A model generated the notes under the pieces. That model saw nothing but the letters and a program-made list of their open reading frames with translations. It was not told the origin of the DNA and did not search any database. A stretch of DNA of 63,061 bases, counting the filler, from Choristocarpus tenellus KU-1152 (Eukaryota; Protista; Phaeophyceae): assembly GCA_964200185.2 (NCBI GenBank). It is 11 parts of 11 records of this genome, joined end to end, with 100 filler letters (N's around TTAATTAATTAA, not from the genome) between each part and the next. Parts side by side here need not be neighbours in the genome. Positions count along the whole stretch, not along the records: positions 1 to 5,029 come from CAXNAD020012115.1; positions 5,130 to 12,670 come from CAXNAD020005986.1; 9 more parts are not named here. One strand, given 5' to 3'. The position numbers were made by a program, and so were the translations under genes. The first letter of the stretch is position 1. Every line of letters starts with the position of its first letter. Shown here one piece after another: positions 1 to 12,770 of this stretch.

Positions 1-438
1 GTGAGGTGGGTTGGGGTGTGGGGGTAGGGGGTGCTCCGGCCTGTGGAATGGGATGGGTGGGGTGTGAGTTTTGGCCTGGGATGTTGTGTGGAGAAAAGAA
101 GTGGATTTGGGATGCAGTGACATTATTCAGGCGGGTTATGAGCCCCCCAGGGGGTGGTCTTTGGCTGGTTAGGGTGTAGGTGCAATTGAAGAGTGTGGGG
201 ATGGGTAAGTGTGTTCTGCAGTGGGGGCATGTGAAAGGGTGGTTGGCATCTTTGCAGAGGTTGACCATGCAGTTGAGGTGCTCATCACTCCTAAGTTTTG
301 CACTACTTGTCCAACGTTAACCTCGTACCCTCGGTCACGGTTCGTCCTTGTTCGTGTGGTCCGTCTTGCCCGGTGATTCTCTTCACCACCCTCCTTGCCT
401 GAGTGAACCGCGCCGCCACAGAATCACAATATTCACGT

Positions 439-464
439 TGGCGACACTGGTGAGATTCGAACCC
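439..464 (+). promoter_or_regulatory. Primer-binding site complementary to a tRNA 3' end (probably tRNA-Ser)
   Basis: TGGCGACACTGGTGAGATTCGAACCC lies 3 nt after the LTR-terminal CA. Its reverse complement GGGTTCGAATCTCACCAGTGTCG-CCA has the T-loop in exact register and a G73 discriminator. Confidence 0.85.
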
Positions 465-3400
465 TAGGGCGCAATGCACACGAACTTAGCACAGGCTCGG
501 GGAATGGACTCCGATCAAGTAAGACCCCTTCCACAGAGTAGTGACGCCGCACGTCCGCCATCAATGTCAGAAACGAGTCGTGTCAGATTTTCCGCTTCGG
601 AAATACCATCTCATCTCGTCATTACAGGTTCTGGAGAGGAAAATTTGCCACTCTTGTGTTCCAAATGGCACGTGGCGATTTCCTGGCACTCTAGTCAGTA
701 TGGTTCCGCATCCCCTGAGACACTCAATGCTTGATGTATAGAATTTTTACCGAAAATTCTTCAAGGACCAGCTGAAACTTTTTTTTTTCAGGCGTTGGCG
801 GGCACTGTAGAGTGGTGTTCAACAAGTGATTTGGCTCGTTTGCAATCGTCCCTTGACGCTCCCGTCCCCATTACACCCCCAAAGACTTGGGATGATGTCC
901 AGAAAGCCCTGATCACTGCGTTTGCTCCCGCCCGTGCTGTAAGTGTATCAGCTCGTTGACTAACATCTTTGAAACAGGGGGAGAATGATTCGATGGATCA
1001 ATACACTTTACGTTGCACCACAGCCACGTCCAGATACTTTGACCCTTGTCTGGTAATAACCCCAACCCCATGACAACTTACACGAGCGCTGTGACCCATA
1101 ATTCTCGTTGTGGACAGGTTTCCCGTAGCCAACTCGAGCAAGTGTAACGAGAGTGCCAACGGCTACGGACGGAGGTGGGACGTCACCGAGCAGGGGAGGC
1201 AACCCTCAACAGGGCCCCAGCTCGGTCGTCGACGAGTCCAACTCCCACAACCGAGCACACTGACAGACCAACACGACCACAAGACACGTCGCCCTATTCA
1301 GCCTCACCATCCAGCTCGATGTACACCATGGATCAGCAACATAGTGTGTGCCAGTACCCGGGTTGCCAGGCAGCGACTCGTGAGGGTCACACAACCCAGT
1401 CGTGCCTGGACAATCCGCGGGGTTCTCGTTTGCCATACTTGCGTCGTAGAGGCAGGGGTTGTGGAAGTCGTGTTCATGTTCTTGAGGAAAGTGAGTCAAC
1501 ACCTGGCCATTATGGTCCGCGTCCCTAGAGGTGCCCAGGTGGATTTGACTCCTGTCCACTTGGGAACAGCCATGGTGTGGTTGTTGACACCATCGTAGGG
1601 AGTGGCAAGCGTGAGAGGTTGACCCCAGTCACACCTCTTGCCCCGTAGACATCGTTTATTTCCTGCACACGTGTCACTAAGCATTTTTCTTTGCCAGTAG
1701 TTCAACCAACTCGTGTAATAATAATGAAACTTAGATCAACAGTTCTTTGTGCAGATATCCGGCCATGCCCAAACCTTTGTCGTTTTCGTCACAAAGAGTG
1801 CGTGTATCTGGCACCGCTGAAGAACAAGAGGAAAAATGATTTGACAATTGACACAGCCAGTGATGTACCATGTATTTCTGAAATATTTGTTCGCAATCAC
1901 CCTCAACTGAAACGTTTTGATGTGAATCCTGTCCCACCTGGTGCAATAAATCTACGTGCAGCAAATGGTTCACCTCTGCATATTCGTGGATTTATTCGTT
2001 TTGCACTTACACTTGGTGACACCACATTGCCAGTTGAAGCTTTAGTGATTCCCCAACTTGGTCCTGATAAAATTCTGCTTGATAGTAGTATTATGCAGGC
2101 ATTCGGTGCAATCCTTAATTGGCAAGAACAACGTCTTTCATTTCACAACGTTCGGGTACATCCAGCAAGACATCACATGACAAGGAGCCCCACTCAAGTA
2201 CGTGATACAAGTACCACTCCTTCGTGTTCTGTGGTGAGTTTGCAACATGATTTTGACCCTATACCTGTTCGTGTAAATAAACAGTATAGCATACCACCTG
2301 TTCATGAAATCATCGTACGTTGCACAACTGATACTAGTCCGTCATTGGATACTGCTGTAGTAGTGGAGCCAGTCATACACTCCATGCCTGCTGTAGATCA
2401 AACCACTGAACCTAAACATCCATGGAATCGTATCGTAGCTGCTCGCACTCTCAGTACTTGGTCAGCAAGTAATAGATCAGTATTGGTTCAAATGGCAAAT
2501 CCAACAACACGGAAAGTACGTATTAGGAATCATCTTGTGATAGGTCACTTAACCCCTATTTCAGATCAGGTACCAATTACTGTTAGTGCTCTAAATTCTG
2601 ATTCTGCTCCATTCAGTAAAGCTAGAGAAGAGTTACATCAAGCCTTCACCAAGTCAAACGCATTCAAAGATACCACGTTTAATCAGTCACAAGTGTCTCC
2701 ATTTTGAGACCTCTGTGCTCGTTATAGATCGGTATTTTCGTTTAATGCAGCAGAACTAGGCAGATGTACCCTAGCTGAAGCAGAAATTCCTGTAGAGCCT
2801 GGTATCAAACCTGTTGACAGGAACCCTTACAGAGAAAATCCCCGTACCCAACAAGTAATTGACTCGTGTGTTAATACTATGGAACAGCAAGGCATTATTG
2901 AAAAACGTGCCAGCCCTTGAGGTAGTCCTGTTACTATTGTGGCCAAATCGGATGATTCCCCACGATTCTGTGTAGACTGTAGGTCAACTGTTAACAAACA
3001 CCTTGTTCGACAGTCTTGGCCTATGCCTGATATAGAGTCTCATATTGATACTGTTGGGGGTGCAAAATTTATCACTGTTTGTGATGATATTCAGAGTGCA
3101 TATTGGCAGATTTCTGTTGCTGAGGATGACATTGATAAAACCGCTTTTGTCACGTCCAGAGTCAAATACGTTTTTAAGAGGATGCCCTTTGGGATATCAA
3201 ATGCCCCTTGGCAATTTCAAAGAATCATGTCCTTAGCCTTTGCCAACTTTAGTTCATTGTGTGGGTTGCTAGTTTACATGGATGATCTGATTGCTTGTTC
3301 TCCGACACGGGAAGGACATATACACTTACTAGAACAGCAGTTCATAGCGTTACAAGCAGCAGGTTTAAAAGAAGTACGTTACCTGGGCCACATTTTATCG

Positions 3401-3687
3401 TCAGAAGGGATTCGTATCGGTGAGGATTGTGTCCGTGCAATCACTGAATTACACAAACCCACCACCATCAAAGAACTTCGATCTGTCCTAGGTATGATAA
3501 ATTTCGTACGTAATTTCATACCCAACTTAGCCACAGTAATCGAACCGTTAGTTCTTCTCACTAAAAAGTTGTCAATAAGAGAGTGGATAAAGAATAGGGA
3601 TTGGACCAGGATGTGGCATTTTTTAAAGTAAAACAATTACTCACTGCTGCCCCGTTTCTCGTGTTTCCTGACTATACCAAAGAATTC

Positions 3688-3925
3688 GAGTCAATATATC
3701 TTAGAGGGTAGAGCCGTGTCCGTTTGGGGACCAAAATCCAATGTTGCGATTTTAATGCAATTTTGGCTGTTGTATTTGTTAGGAAGTGTCAATGTCCTTT
3801 TTTCCGAACACACCTTTCCATAACGTAAACATTTTACCTACTCCGAAACATTTCGTAGTAGAAAAATGTCATAAACCTTGCGGACAAAGAGGGCAAAATT
3901 CGTACCATCTAAGATATTTTCACTC
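3688..3925 (+). mobile_element. MITE family A inserted in the Gypsy RNase H
   Basis: TIR-like ends GAGTCAATATATCTTAGAGGGTA ... TACCATCTAAGATATTTTCACTC with TTC/TTC flanks. Removing the element restores KEF-VIHVDAS. Confidence 0.92.
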
Positions 3926-4648
3926 TTCGTCATCCATGTTGATGCCAGCGAGAGTGATGCTGTAAGTTTTTTAGCACAAGCTCGATCCGATAATCCTGCA
4001 GACCTAGGTATCATTGCATACTTCAGCTAGAAATTTAATGAAGCTCAACGTCATTATCAGCTACATTAAGAGAGTGTTATGCAGTCATTACAGCCATCAC
4101 GCATTGGCGACCGTATCTTTGGGGTAGTTCACCTGCATCACAGATCATGCCGCATTGTGTTACTTGTATGGAATGCAGGATACCAGTAACATGCTTATTC
4201 GTTGGGCTATTGCTCTTCAAGCTTATGATTTCACAATCAAACACAAGCCCGGTAAGCTCAATGTTATTCCTGACACTCCACCTCGTATCTTCAAGTTCGA
4301 GGAACAGGAGAAATCCGTTGCTCCAATGCTCGCACAAATCTGTCGTAATGTGCCTGAAGGTAGTCGTGCATTTACCACACGTGTTCAACAGCAATATAAG
4401 TTATCTGCTTCTAACCTTGACCAAGCAACACCCGTCCAAAGTGATCGTGAACTATTTACTAGTTGCACTACCGTGTTTCCTTCAGTGGACCCGGAGCAAT
4501 CGTGCAAGGAGCAGGAATCCGAGTTCGGACCATATTTCAGGTATTTGCAGTCCCGTAACGTCGCCCCACAGCCTGACAAGGAATGAACGACGTCTGCGTC
4601 GCATTTATCCTTCGTAATGGCTTACTGTATCGTTTGTATTTACCAGGC

Positions 4649-4907
4649 GAGTCAAAGTATCTTAGAGGGTAGAGCCGCGTCCATTGGGGACCAAAATCCA
4701 ATGTTGCGAATTTGATGTAATGTTGGCTATCGTGTTTGTTAGGAAGTGTCAATATCCTCGTTCCAGACACACCTTTTCATAACTTACACATTTTACCTAC
4801 TCCGAAATATTTTTTTGAGTAGGTAAATGTCATAAAAAAAACATGGGAAGCCAAGCCCCAAATAGACAAACAAGGCAAATCCCGTACCCTCTGAGATACT
4901 TTCACTC
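4649..4907 (+). mobile_element. MITE family A inserted in Gypsy pol
   Basis: GAGTCAAAGTATCTTAGAGGGTA ... TACCCTCTGAGATACTTTCACTC with AGGC/AGGC flanks. Removing the element restores LPG-HLRK. Confidence 0.93.
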
Positions 4908-5029
4908 AGGCCATCTTCGCAAGAGGAGCACGTTTAGAGACCAGCTGGTCGTTCCTCACTCGCAAAATCCGTCTTTGTTTAAGTATCCCCAAAATCATCA
5001 AAGAGGATAAAGGTGATAAACCCGGCGAG

Positions 5030-5129
5030 NNNNNNNNNNNNNNNNNNNNNNNNNNNNNNNNNNNNNNNNNNNNTTAATTAATTAANNNNNNNNNNNNNNN
5101 NNNNNNNNNNNNNNNNNNNNNNNNNNNNN
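5030..5129. other. Artificial contig linker N44-TTAATTAATTAA-N44 (first of 10)
   Basis: Identical 100-bp spacer with stops in all six frames at 5030-5129, 12671-12770, 16663-16762, 19289-19388, 22985-23084, 33506-33605, 37658-37757, 40959-41058, 52897-52996 and 58753-58852. Most contig ends fall in MITEs or poly-G/C tracts. Confidence 0.97.
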
Positions 5130-7578
5130 CCCCCCAGATACTTTGGGTCTCATGACCTGATTACCTTCATTGAATCCTGCAATGTATGGATACCAGCAAA
5201 GGTACTATCTCTATTTCTACCCCTCCCAGACCCCCACGTACTCCTGTCCATCAGTGGAGAGTAAGGCCTCAAAAACGCTATACCCAACGTCGAACAAACC
5301 AAGCAATATTCCTACACCACTCCAAAACCACTCTCACGGTACAGTCCTCTCACAACAACCAACAGCTTCCCAGCCCAAGGACAAACAACCCAATTGTCAT
5401 ACAACTACAACACCCTACTCTTCCTCTCCTCTGTCTTACAATGCCTCACATAGTCCATCTACCAACCATAAGGCAGATACGTTGACCTTAAATCACATGA
5501 CTTACCAACCTGCCCCCTGCCAGATACCATGGTATGTAGGGAATATCAACACATGGCGGACCAAGAAGATGCCATCAAATCCTTCACCGAGGGGCACTGT
5601 GCATCCACCAAAATCTTAGCCTTGCCATTGGTTTTTGTTTTCTAAAGGTGTGTAACGCAGTGCTGTGGCATTAAGGACGCGAAAACATTTGCACAAGTGG
5701 AGGGAAGGGGGGGGGAGAGACGTGTAGGAGGGGGATTGAGGCAGGTGAATCTCTCATGGATTATAGAACAATGCATCCCCCAAGCCAGTGGACTGCCAAA
5801 AGTATTGATTTGGAGGTAAAAGTAACTGCCATAACTGAATATATTATTGAGCACATACATGATAACGCCCCCTCCCCTGGCATGAGAGATAGCTCATGGA
5901 AAATCAAAGTGGACCAGTGAGATTTGATGTATGCAATCACACAAAAAATAGTACACAGTTGGAGCATCTGTCTTTGTTGCTTCATCTCAAAATGCATTGC
6001 ATTACTGGTGAAAACGTATAGGCTACGTTAAAAGATCACAGGCTGATTATAATTTACGGTTGGACGACAGTCAATAGGTACAACTAACCTTGGGGTGCAA
6101 TCCAACAAAAGGTGTGAGCTTCATGTTTCATCAAGGTATCCCCTTCCTGGGGTACATCGCTCCTAAAATCCACTTCATATCCACACACGCACGGGTACAC
6201 GCTGATTCAACTTACGCTGACTCTGCTTCGATGAACAATCAGAAACATGCCAAAGATTCTCCTTCCTCATTTGACACACTTCAGCCCCGTTAGAAATAGA
6301 ACAACTGACTTCTGCGCCACAACCATTCAATGTGACCTCGACACATACGTAGACGAGTCATATTAAGCACACGATCAAATTCAACTTCCTTCGCACTTGA
6401 ACCAATGCGTTCAAATCTACTACAAGGGATAAGGCCTGTCTCGAACGGCGTTGAAGGAATGCAAGGTCGGTGGTGAAGATTGCCTTGATATTCCGTACAT
6501 ATTCTTGGCGTGTATTGAAGAAAAACGCGTGATTCAATCCACATCCTCTCACCCCTTCATGCTTGAGCCCCACTGTCGAGACAGTAGTTATCCTCTGCTC
6601 TATAGAGTATCATAACCGTGTCCAAACAGCGAAACAAGAACGACGCAACACAGATGCACTCACCTGTACTCTAGGTAGCACTAAGAGATTTATACGTGCA
6701 GGAATCCGAAGGACCAGCCTCCTCCGGAAGATGGTACCTCATTTTCGCCTTCTCGCCAACCTCCATCCACTGAACGCCTCATGACGAACACATCAACCTC
6801 ATAAACGATACCTCTACACCCCAAAAGAGTGTCCCATATATAGGGTCATTCCAATGGACAGTGTGATCGAGGGCAAACGAGGAGCTCTCCTTCAAATCTC
6901 AACAGTGGGTATAGTAGTATACAGTCCATATTCTATATTTGCGTAGGTTATCCTCATCCTTTCCATTCTATAATAGAATCAATGGTAATGAAGATGGAGA
7001 GAAAGAGACGAGACATGTACTCTTTCAATAGTACACTTCTTCCCACTGTAGTGTTGTTGTTCTGCTTGCAAAAGCAAGGATACAATAAAGTCTTCCCTCC
7101 GACACCTCATCGAATACAGCAAGTGGTTCCACGATGCGGCGCATCCTGGTGTTGGATGAAGTCCCTACTGGCCTGCATTTCTCTCCATTATGAATGAGGT
7201 AAGTGTTGTTCCTGTTCACCGAAGAAAGCCTTACCAAGGGTGGAATATTGGTTAAACCGATTCAACTTTGGAACAATCATGTTTCAAGATCTTCCTTGTA
7301 TCCACATAGATTGATACGATCCTTGAAAACATTGATGCAAGAGCTCCATTGTAAACTACTCTCGGGTACGTGTCATTCGCTATCGTCTACGTCGGCTGCA
7401 ATTCTTCTTGTCCCGTCAGCAATCCATTCGGAAGTTCCTCGTCAATCTGCAAGAGGGAGCCACAACAGGGTGATACATATCCATCTCACGAGGACAGGCA
7501 CTCGATCGAGTTGGCCTGCACATACGATCTCAATCCTCGCAATCAAGCTTCCAATTAGCTTCCGTATCCTCTACGCAG

Positions 7579-9843
7579 ATGAATGGATCCTTGTGTGCAA
7601 GAGTATCCACCAATGCTGCTGTCCGAAGGTGTGTTAGAGACTTATGAGTCATCCAACCCTATAATTACATATCAATTACGATTGAAAGCTTTATGATTTT
7701 TTCCATGTGCCAGTAATACCATTGCCCCATCCAATAATGGCCTCGACATTTGCAGCACATCGAAACGTTCGAGCTGGTGGCAGTAAGCTTTGTTTCTGTC
7801 GCCGTGGTCGTTCACGAAAATGAATACTGTGCATCATCTTCACCTCCTCCCCCGGATCATTTTTGTCCAACGACCTGGTAGCAATGCGAAGTTCCTGAAT
7901 ATTGAGATATCGACTTGTATATACCTTTGTAAAAATCATACACTCGCCTTGCTGTGCAAACCGACCAGAACAGGTCCAGCTGATTTCTCTGCCTTTCCTA
8001 TCCTATTCCCACTCTCTCGCCTTCTCCCAGACACCTTTCATGGAGCAAAGATGAGGACGCTGCCCTGAGATACGTGGTTGCTAGGTATGGAGTAGCTAGC
8101 TGGATCGCTGTAGAGAATCACCTAAGCAAAATACTCCCTCTAAGCAAAAGATCTGGAAAGCAGTGCCGCGAGCGATGGAACTATCACCTAAGTGAGTGTT
8201 ACGCTGGCGATTTCCATTTGAACCCCTTCCTCTCTCCTCCCCTCCTAAGTTGAAAGCAGAGTTCTTAAGTACCTTCCCACAGTATTATCCCTATTATAAC
8301 TCAGAGTTTCATCCCTCATACAAGTATATTATCCATCAAGCACATTGACAAAAGACCTAGAGGAGATGGTTTGGAAAGCTTGGATCTCCTATCCTGTTGC
8401 CCTTGACTTCACAGATGAACATTTTAGTCCTTGCCACTGACAACCAACAATAAAAAAAATGAGTGGTTTAAGTGTTTCAAGCAAGAGCTTATGATCCTCC
8501 AATCCCTAACCCATCGATGACCTAAAACACGGAACTAAACACATACCCTTGTCACTGCCTAGGTAGCGTGACCTTGCTGTCTTGATATTTTGCTCAACCA
8601 TCGTCCTTACCAACAACATCTCAATCAGATCCAGGCGTAAGGAAGGGGGAGTGGACTACAGAGGAACAAAATGCCATGTCTAAGGCCCATCAGAAGCTGG
8701 GAAATCGATGGACAGATATTGCCAAGCTTCTGCCCGGAAGAACAAGCAATGACATCAAGAATAAATGGTGAGATTGTCGTTCACCTCAACATTTTGTATT
8801 ATCGCATTGGAAAGTTCACTGCAACTTCTCCTTCCTCCACAAAGTTTTCCATTACACCCTTTGAGTGAAAGTATATTAGAGGGTACGAGATTTGCCCTGT
8901 TTGTACATTTGGGGCTTGGGTTCCCATGTTGTTGTTTTTCCTACTCCAAAATGTTTCGGAATAGGTAAATGTGGATATTGACACTTCCTAACAAACACGA
9001 TGACCAAAATTACATCAAAATCGTAACATTGGATTTTGGCTCCCAAATGGACGCGGCTCTACCCTCTAAGATACTTTGGCTCTTTTGTAGACAGAATATC
9101 ACAGTAAAAAAAAAAATGTCTTAAGTGAGTGAAGAGCTCAGTGCCAACACTCTGCTTATCTTTCCATGACATCGTCCACAGCTGTTTCTTACTGCATACA
9201 ACCAGTCACCCCTTACCATGATCTGACTGTTGCGGGGTGCACTTGGCATGATATAACCAGCACTGCACTGGAACATATTCTACACCATTTGTTTGGCCAC
9301 CTCACGTTCTAACTCTACTTAGGAGTTTACCCCAACAAACCTGTGCCTCCTAAATCGTAATATCGTATGTCCAAAAGGCTGTTAGTATATGCACTCTTAA
9401 TTCTCTTCACAACATATATCAAACCACCACAATGTACCATGCATTTCCCACAGGCCACCCTCTCACTTCTATCCTGGGTTACTTACTGTGAACACCATCG
9501 CATGCCACAAAGGTGTTTCTTGTGCGCTATTCTAACATGCTGTGTGTTAGGATGGACAAAATGTTCGAACTGCTACTACTCTCAACATGTTGTTCAACAG
9601 AGTTGCTATGCTGTGCCACATCAAATAGGTTCTCATCAATGCGCAAAGTTGCCCGTTCGTACATTAAGCACAAGGAGAGAGTCAAGGGCAGTCGCACCAG
9701 CAATAGGTGCAACAGCGACCAGGTTGCCAGTGCAAGAGGGACTCCATTGAAGAAGCTTAGCCATAATGACAAGAGCGCCTCATGTACAAATTCTACTACT
9801 GCGAGTGCGAAGAAATGCCCTCCAAAGGTCCTAAAGTTGGCAG
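7579..9843 (+). CDS. R2R3-MYB transcription factor, spliced, 3' end not resolved. Exons 7579-7628 (tentative), 8031-8191, 8629-8767, 9629-9843
   Basis: The GT-AG spliced frame reads ...[21 protein letters not shown]...[14 protein letters not shown]|[46 protein letters not shown]|[10 protein letters not shown]... This gives two canonical MYB repeats with regularly spaced Trp and compatible intron phases. Confidence 0.93.
8863..9082 (-). mobile_element. MITE family A (internally deleted) in a MYB intron
   Basis: GAGTGAAAGTATATTAGAGGGTA ... TACCCTCTAAGATACTTTGGCTC with TTT flanks. Confidence 0.9.
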
Positions 9844-9863
9844 GTATGTCTCCCCTGTTGTTG

Positions 9864-10123
9864 GAGTGAAATTATCTTTAGAGGGTGCGAATTTTTCCCT
9901 GTTTGTCCCTTTGAGCCTTGCCTTCCCGCGAGTTTATTTAATGACATTTTCCTACTCCAATTTTTTCGGAGTAGGTACAATGTATGCGCTACGAAAAGGT
10001 GTGACAGGAACAAGGACATTGACACTTCGTAAGAAATGCGATAGTCAAAATTACATCAAAATCGCAACATTAGAATTTGGTCCTCAAATGGACGCGGCTC
10101 TACCCTCTAAGATACTTTGGCTC
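9864..10123 (-). mobile_element. MITE family A, 20 nt after a MYB splice donor
   Basis: Same TIRs and body as the other A copies. Flanks are GTTG/GTTT. Confidence 0.9.
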
Positions 10124-12463
10124 GTTTCTCAAGCTCACCTCCCTGCCTGTAAGCGTTTGTGTATTTTGTACCCCTGTGGTCTGTCTTTCCTGAGCCCTCA
10201 TAATGTACATGTGTACATACATATCTCGGGAAATGTGTTGTGTGAATATTGTGTGAGGGCACCTTGCTATTCCTCAAACCCTTCTTACGCAATTTTCAAA
10301 TTTTCGTTTTGCTCATCGCCCTTTCCACCCCTTCCTGCACCGCAAAGGACAACGTAAATTCAGTCAAATTTCTTTCCTGAACGTTTCTTGCCTACTATTT
10401 ATCTTGTCCCCCCTGCTGCTACCTCATCAATAGCCTTCTGCTTTCATTGCTCTCAACAAACCCATGCCTTTCCCTCCCCGTTACACATGTTCCCATCTTC
10501 CATGGCACACATTGATTTAGATCTACAACGCTACAAAGAATTGAGTCTCAAGGAGGATAATGCAACCAGCCAGGTGAAGCTTCTCCACCACATTTGACTT
10601 TTTTTATATCACTTCAATATAGGCAAAGCCTACCTATGAATCCCTTTGGTAAAAAATATGTTTGGCAGAAAGTGTCTCTGGGGTGGAAACAGTAGTTCAT
10701 CTGTGGCCGGTGGATGCTTCAGAGTATACATGACTTTTTTGCATGGAAAGTATAGTTCTTGCATACTATACACTACCTTTAAAGATGTTATCTATAAGAT
10801 TATTACCATATTTGAAGTTTACCCTCCAAGACATAACAAGATGTCTTTTTTTTTCATAGCTAAAAATCTCCGTTGCTCCAGATCTGGATGATAGTGAACT
10901 ATTTTGGATTTAGAATGGAAGACATTCTGTATGATGCATTCAACACTTCAACTTCTTGCATCCTAGAGTCGTTGCAACTGTGATAGGCAACAGGCTGGCA
11001 CAACTGAATGTCATCAATGTATTGGAAGCAAAACATGTGGAGCATTTGGTAGTCACAAGATGGAGAGAGTAGATGGTAGCACAAATATCTAGACTCTGCA
11101 AAGGTGTAGGACGCCCGTTTGTAAAATATGTATCAACGAGGTATGTCGCATTTCCTACCTCCTCTATCGAACTTTGTCTGTGTTCTGCTACCTAACTTAA
11201 GCTGAGGTTGAGGTTGACTTCATTCTCGCGTTTCGTGAAAGCCAGTGATGACCCAATTTCCTGTGAATCACACTGTTTGCCATGAGAACAATTTCAAGAA
11301 TGTGTTTCTCAGTAGTGCAGTAGACCGGTGCTCCAAGGAGCAAGAAGTGGAGAAAGGATAACTTGGGACTATGTGTATGCTTGGTCAGGAGGGTATAGTT
11401 CCTAGGGTCAAGAAGCGCACGAAATTGTCCTGCCTTCACCTGAGGCAATTAATACTCAATCCAAGGTGCTCAAGAATAGCATTCTCCTGTCGCTTCCTTG
11501 CCTTGTTGTTTAGGTCGCCACATCCAGCAGCAGCTCCTGCCATGTACATGCCAGGCCCCCGATATCGTCCAATGACCACCTTGGGTGAGGAAGTGACACT
11601 TTAGAAACGTGTGTGACATGTTCGTGTATTTTATACGTGTTGTTGTCATGAAGTAGTAATACTTTGGAGTATATGTGAGTAGGTGTGGAGGTTGGGATAG
11701 TCATCCCTTTAGTCTCACTTCAATGAGTTAAGTCCTAGTATGATTTTAACATAGGGCAATTGGGAGACAAATCACACATTGATATGCCTTAAAGACTCAA
11801 CAAAGCCGAAATAGTGTCTCTTACTGAATCGTATGTCCTACTACTGGTCAATCTTTGGGTCCCATGTGTGATGTAATTCCTTAGTGGGTGGTGAACCGCA
11901 TGCATAGAGCAGCACCCCACCTGTCAATACACTCTCCGTATTCTTCGTAGGAAGTCATAAGATGAACAGTTGCACCATATCGATCTGTGCATACATCTAG
12001 ACCAATCAACAAGAAGACGGGGATAGCATGAAATGTCGTGCCTAAAATGTGCTATAATCTATTCCCGTTCAGTATGTTTTTGACATTTGTTTCTCCTCGA
12101 CTCTTCTTCCATTTGTATCGGAGATCTGACCCACCTGCAGGCAATAATCTGAAAGCAGTGGTAGTATTTTGCTATTCTCAATTATGTATCTACAATTGGG
12201 ATGATGAAAATAATAATACCAGAACGAATCATTATTGTCCTGAAGTTGCAGTCCCCACCTTGTCACACTTCACATTATATTCGTACCTCCAAGTGAACTA
12301 CTTAGTTAGATGATGACATCTTCACTGGAGTCAGTTTGTCTGATTCCTGTGTGGTCTGTGAATGCCGAAACTTGTGTGGCCAGCATTCTGGCTAGTATTT
12401 GGAGTCATTGAAATGAAAACGCTTCCAACACATCCACCAGACATATACTACCCCTCTCACTTT

Positions 12464-12643
12464 GACTCAGAGTATCTGGAGGGGAGTGACAGCTGTCTAT
12501 TCGGGGCCCATTTTTCTATGTCGCGATTTTTGGGTGATTTGGTTGCATGCATCGGATGGATAATGCATGTGCACTTCTCCTGGTCAGGGCCCTAATGGAC
12601 ACCCTGGTGTAGACCCCCCCCCCCTCCCCATAGACTTTGAACC
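12464..12643 (+). mobile_element. MITE family B (~180 bp)
   Basis: GACTCAGAGTATCTGG...GGACACCCTGGTGTAGACCCCC...CTTTGAACC with a TTT/TTT TSD. Confidence 0.85.
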
Positions 12644-12770
12644 TTTCCACAGCAACCCATCATAAACTAGNNNNNNNNNNNNNNNNNNNNNNNNNNNNNN
12701 NNNNNNNNNNNNNNTTAATTAATTAANNNNNNNNNNNNNNNNNNNNNNNNNNNNNNNNNNNNNNNNNNNN

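Larger units (their letters stand above)
290..5029 (+). mobile_element. Decayed Ty3/Gypsy LTR retrotransposon (LTR end, PBS, gag, PR, RT, RNase H, start of IN), cut by the gap
   Basis: The LTR-like end ...TTCA at 435 is followed by a PBS. Domains in order: gag core TWDDVQKALITAF...LKQGENDSMDQY (~885-1010); Cys/His knuckle CQYPGC-x7-H-x4-C (~1350-1410); protease IDTAS; RT SPVTIVAK..PRFCVD..MPFG..YMDDL; RNase H FVIHVDAS..RWAIALQAYDFTIKHKPG; pre-integrase NGLLYR..QLVVP. The PR-RT-RH-IN order is Gypsy. Several stops and frameshifts are present. The left boundary is approximate. Confidence 0.93.
1691..5029 (+). pseudogene. pol: Gypsy pol pseudogene (protease, reverse transcriptase, RNase H, integrase start)
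   Basis: ORFs 1691-2707, 2939-3631 and 4155-4586 carry consecutive pol motifs. They are broken by stops, frameshifts and two MITE insertions. Confidence 0.9.

Noticed and set aside
1-285. G/T-skewed stretch, possibly a retroelement fragment (similar C/A-rich tract at 5150-5620)
   Set aside because: Composition only, with no diagnostic motif.
5074-5085. Recurrent palindrome TTAATTAATTAA
   Set aside because: It is always centred in 44+44 Ns, so it is an artificial six-frame-stop linker. Gene neighbourhoods across the linkers were not interpreted.
9782-10357. 191-aa ORF
   Set aside because: It reads through a family A MITE. Similar peptides (IATLDFGPQMDA) appear wherever this MITE occurs.
11197-11604. 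Coding-looking stretch downstream of MYB
   Set aside because: Stops in all frames and no consistent splice model or motif.
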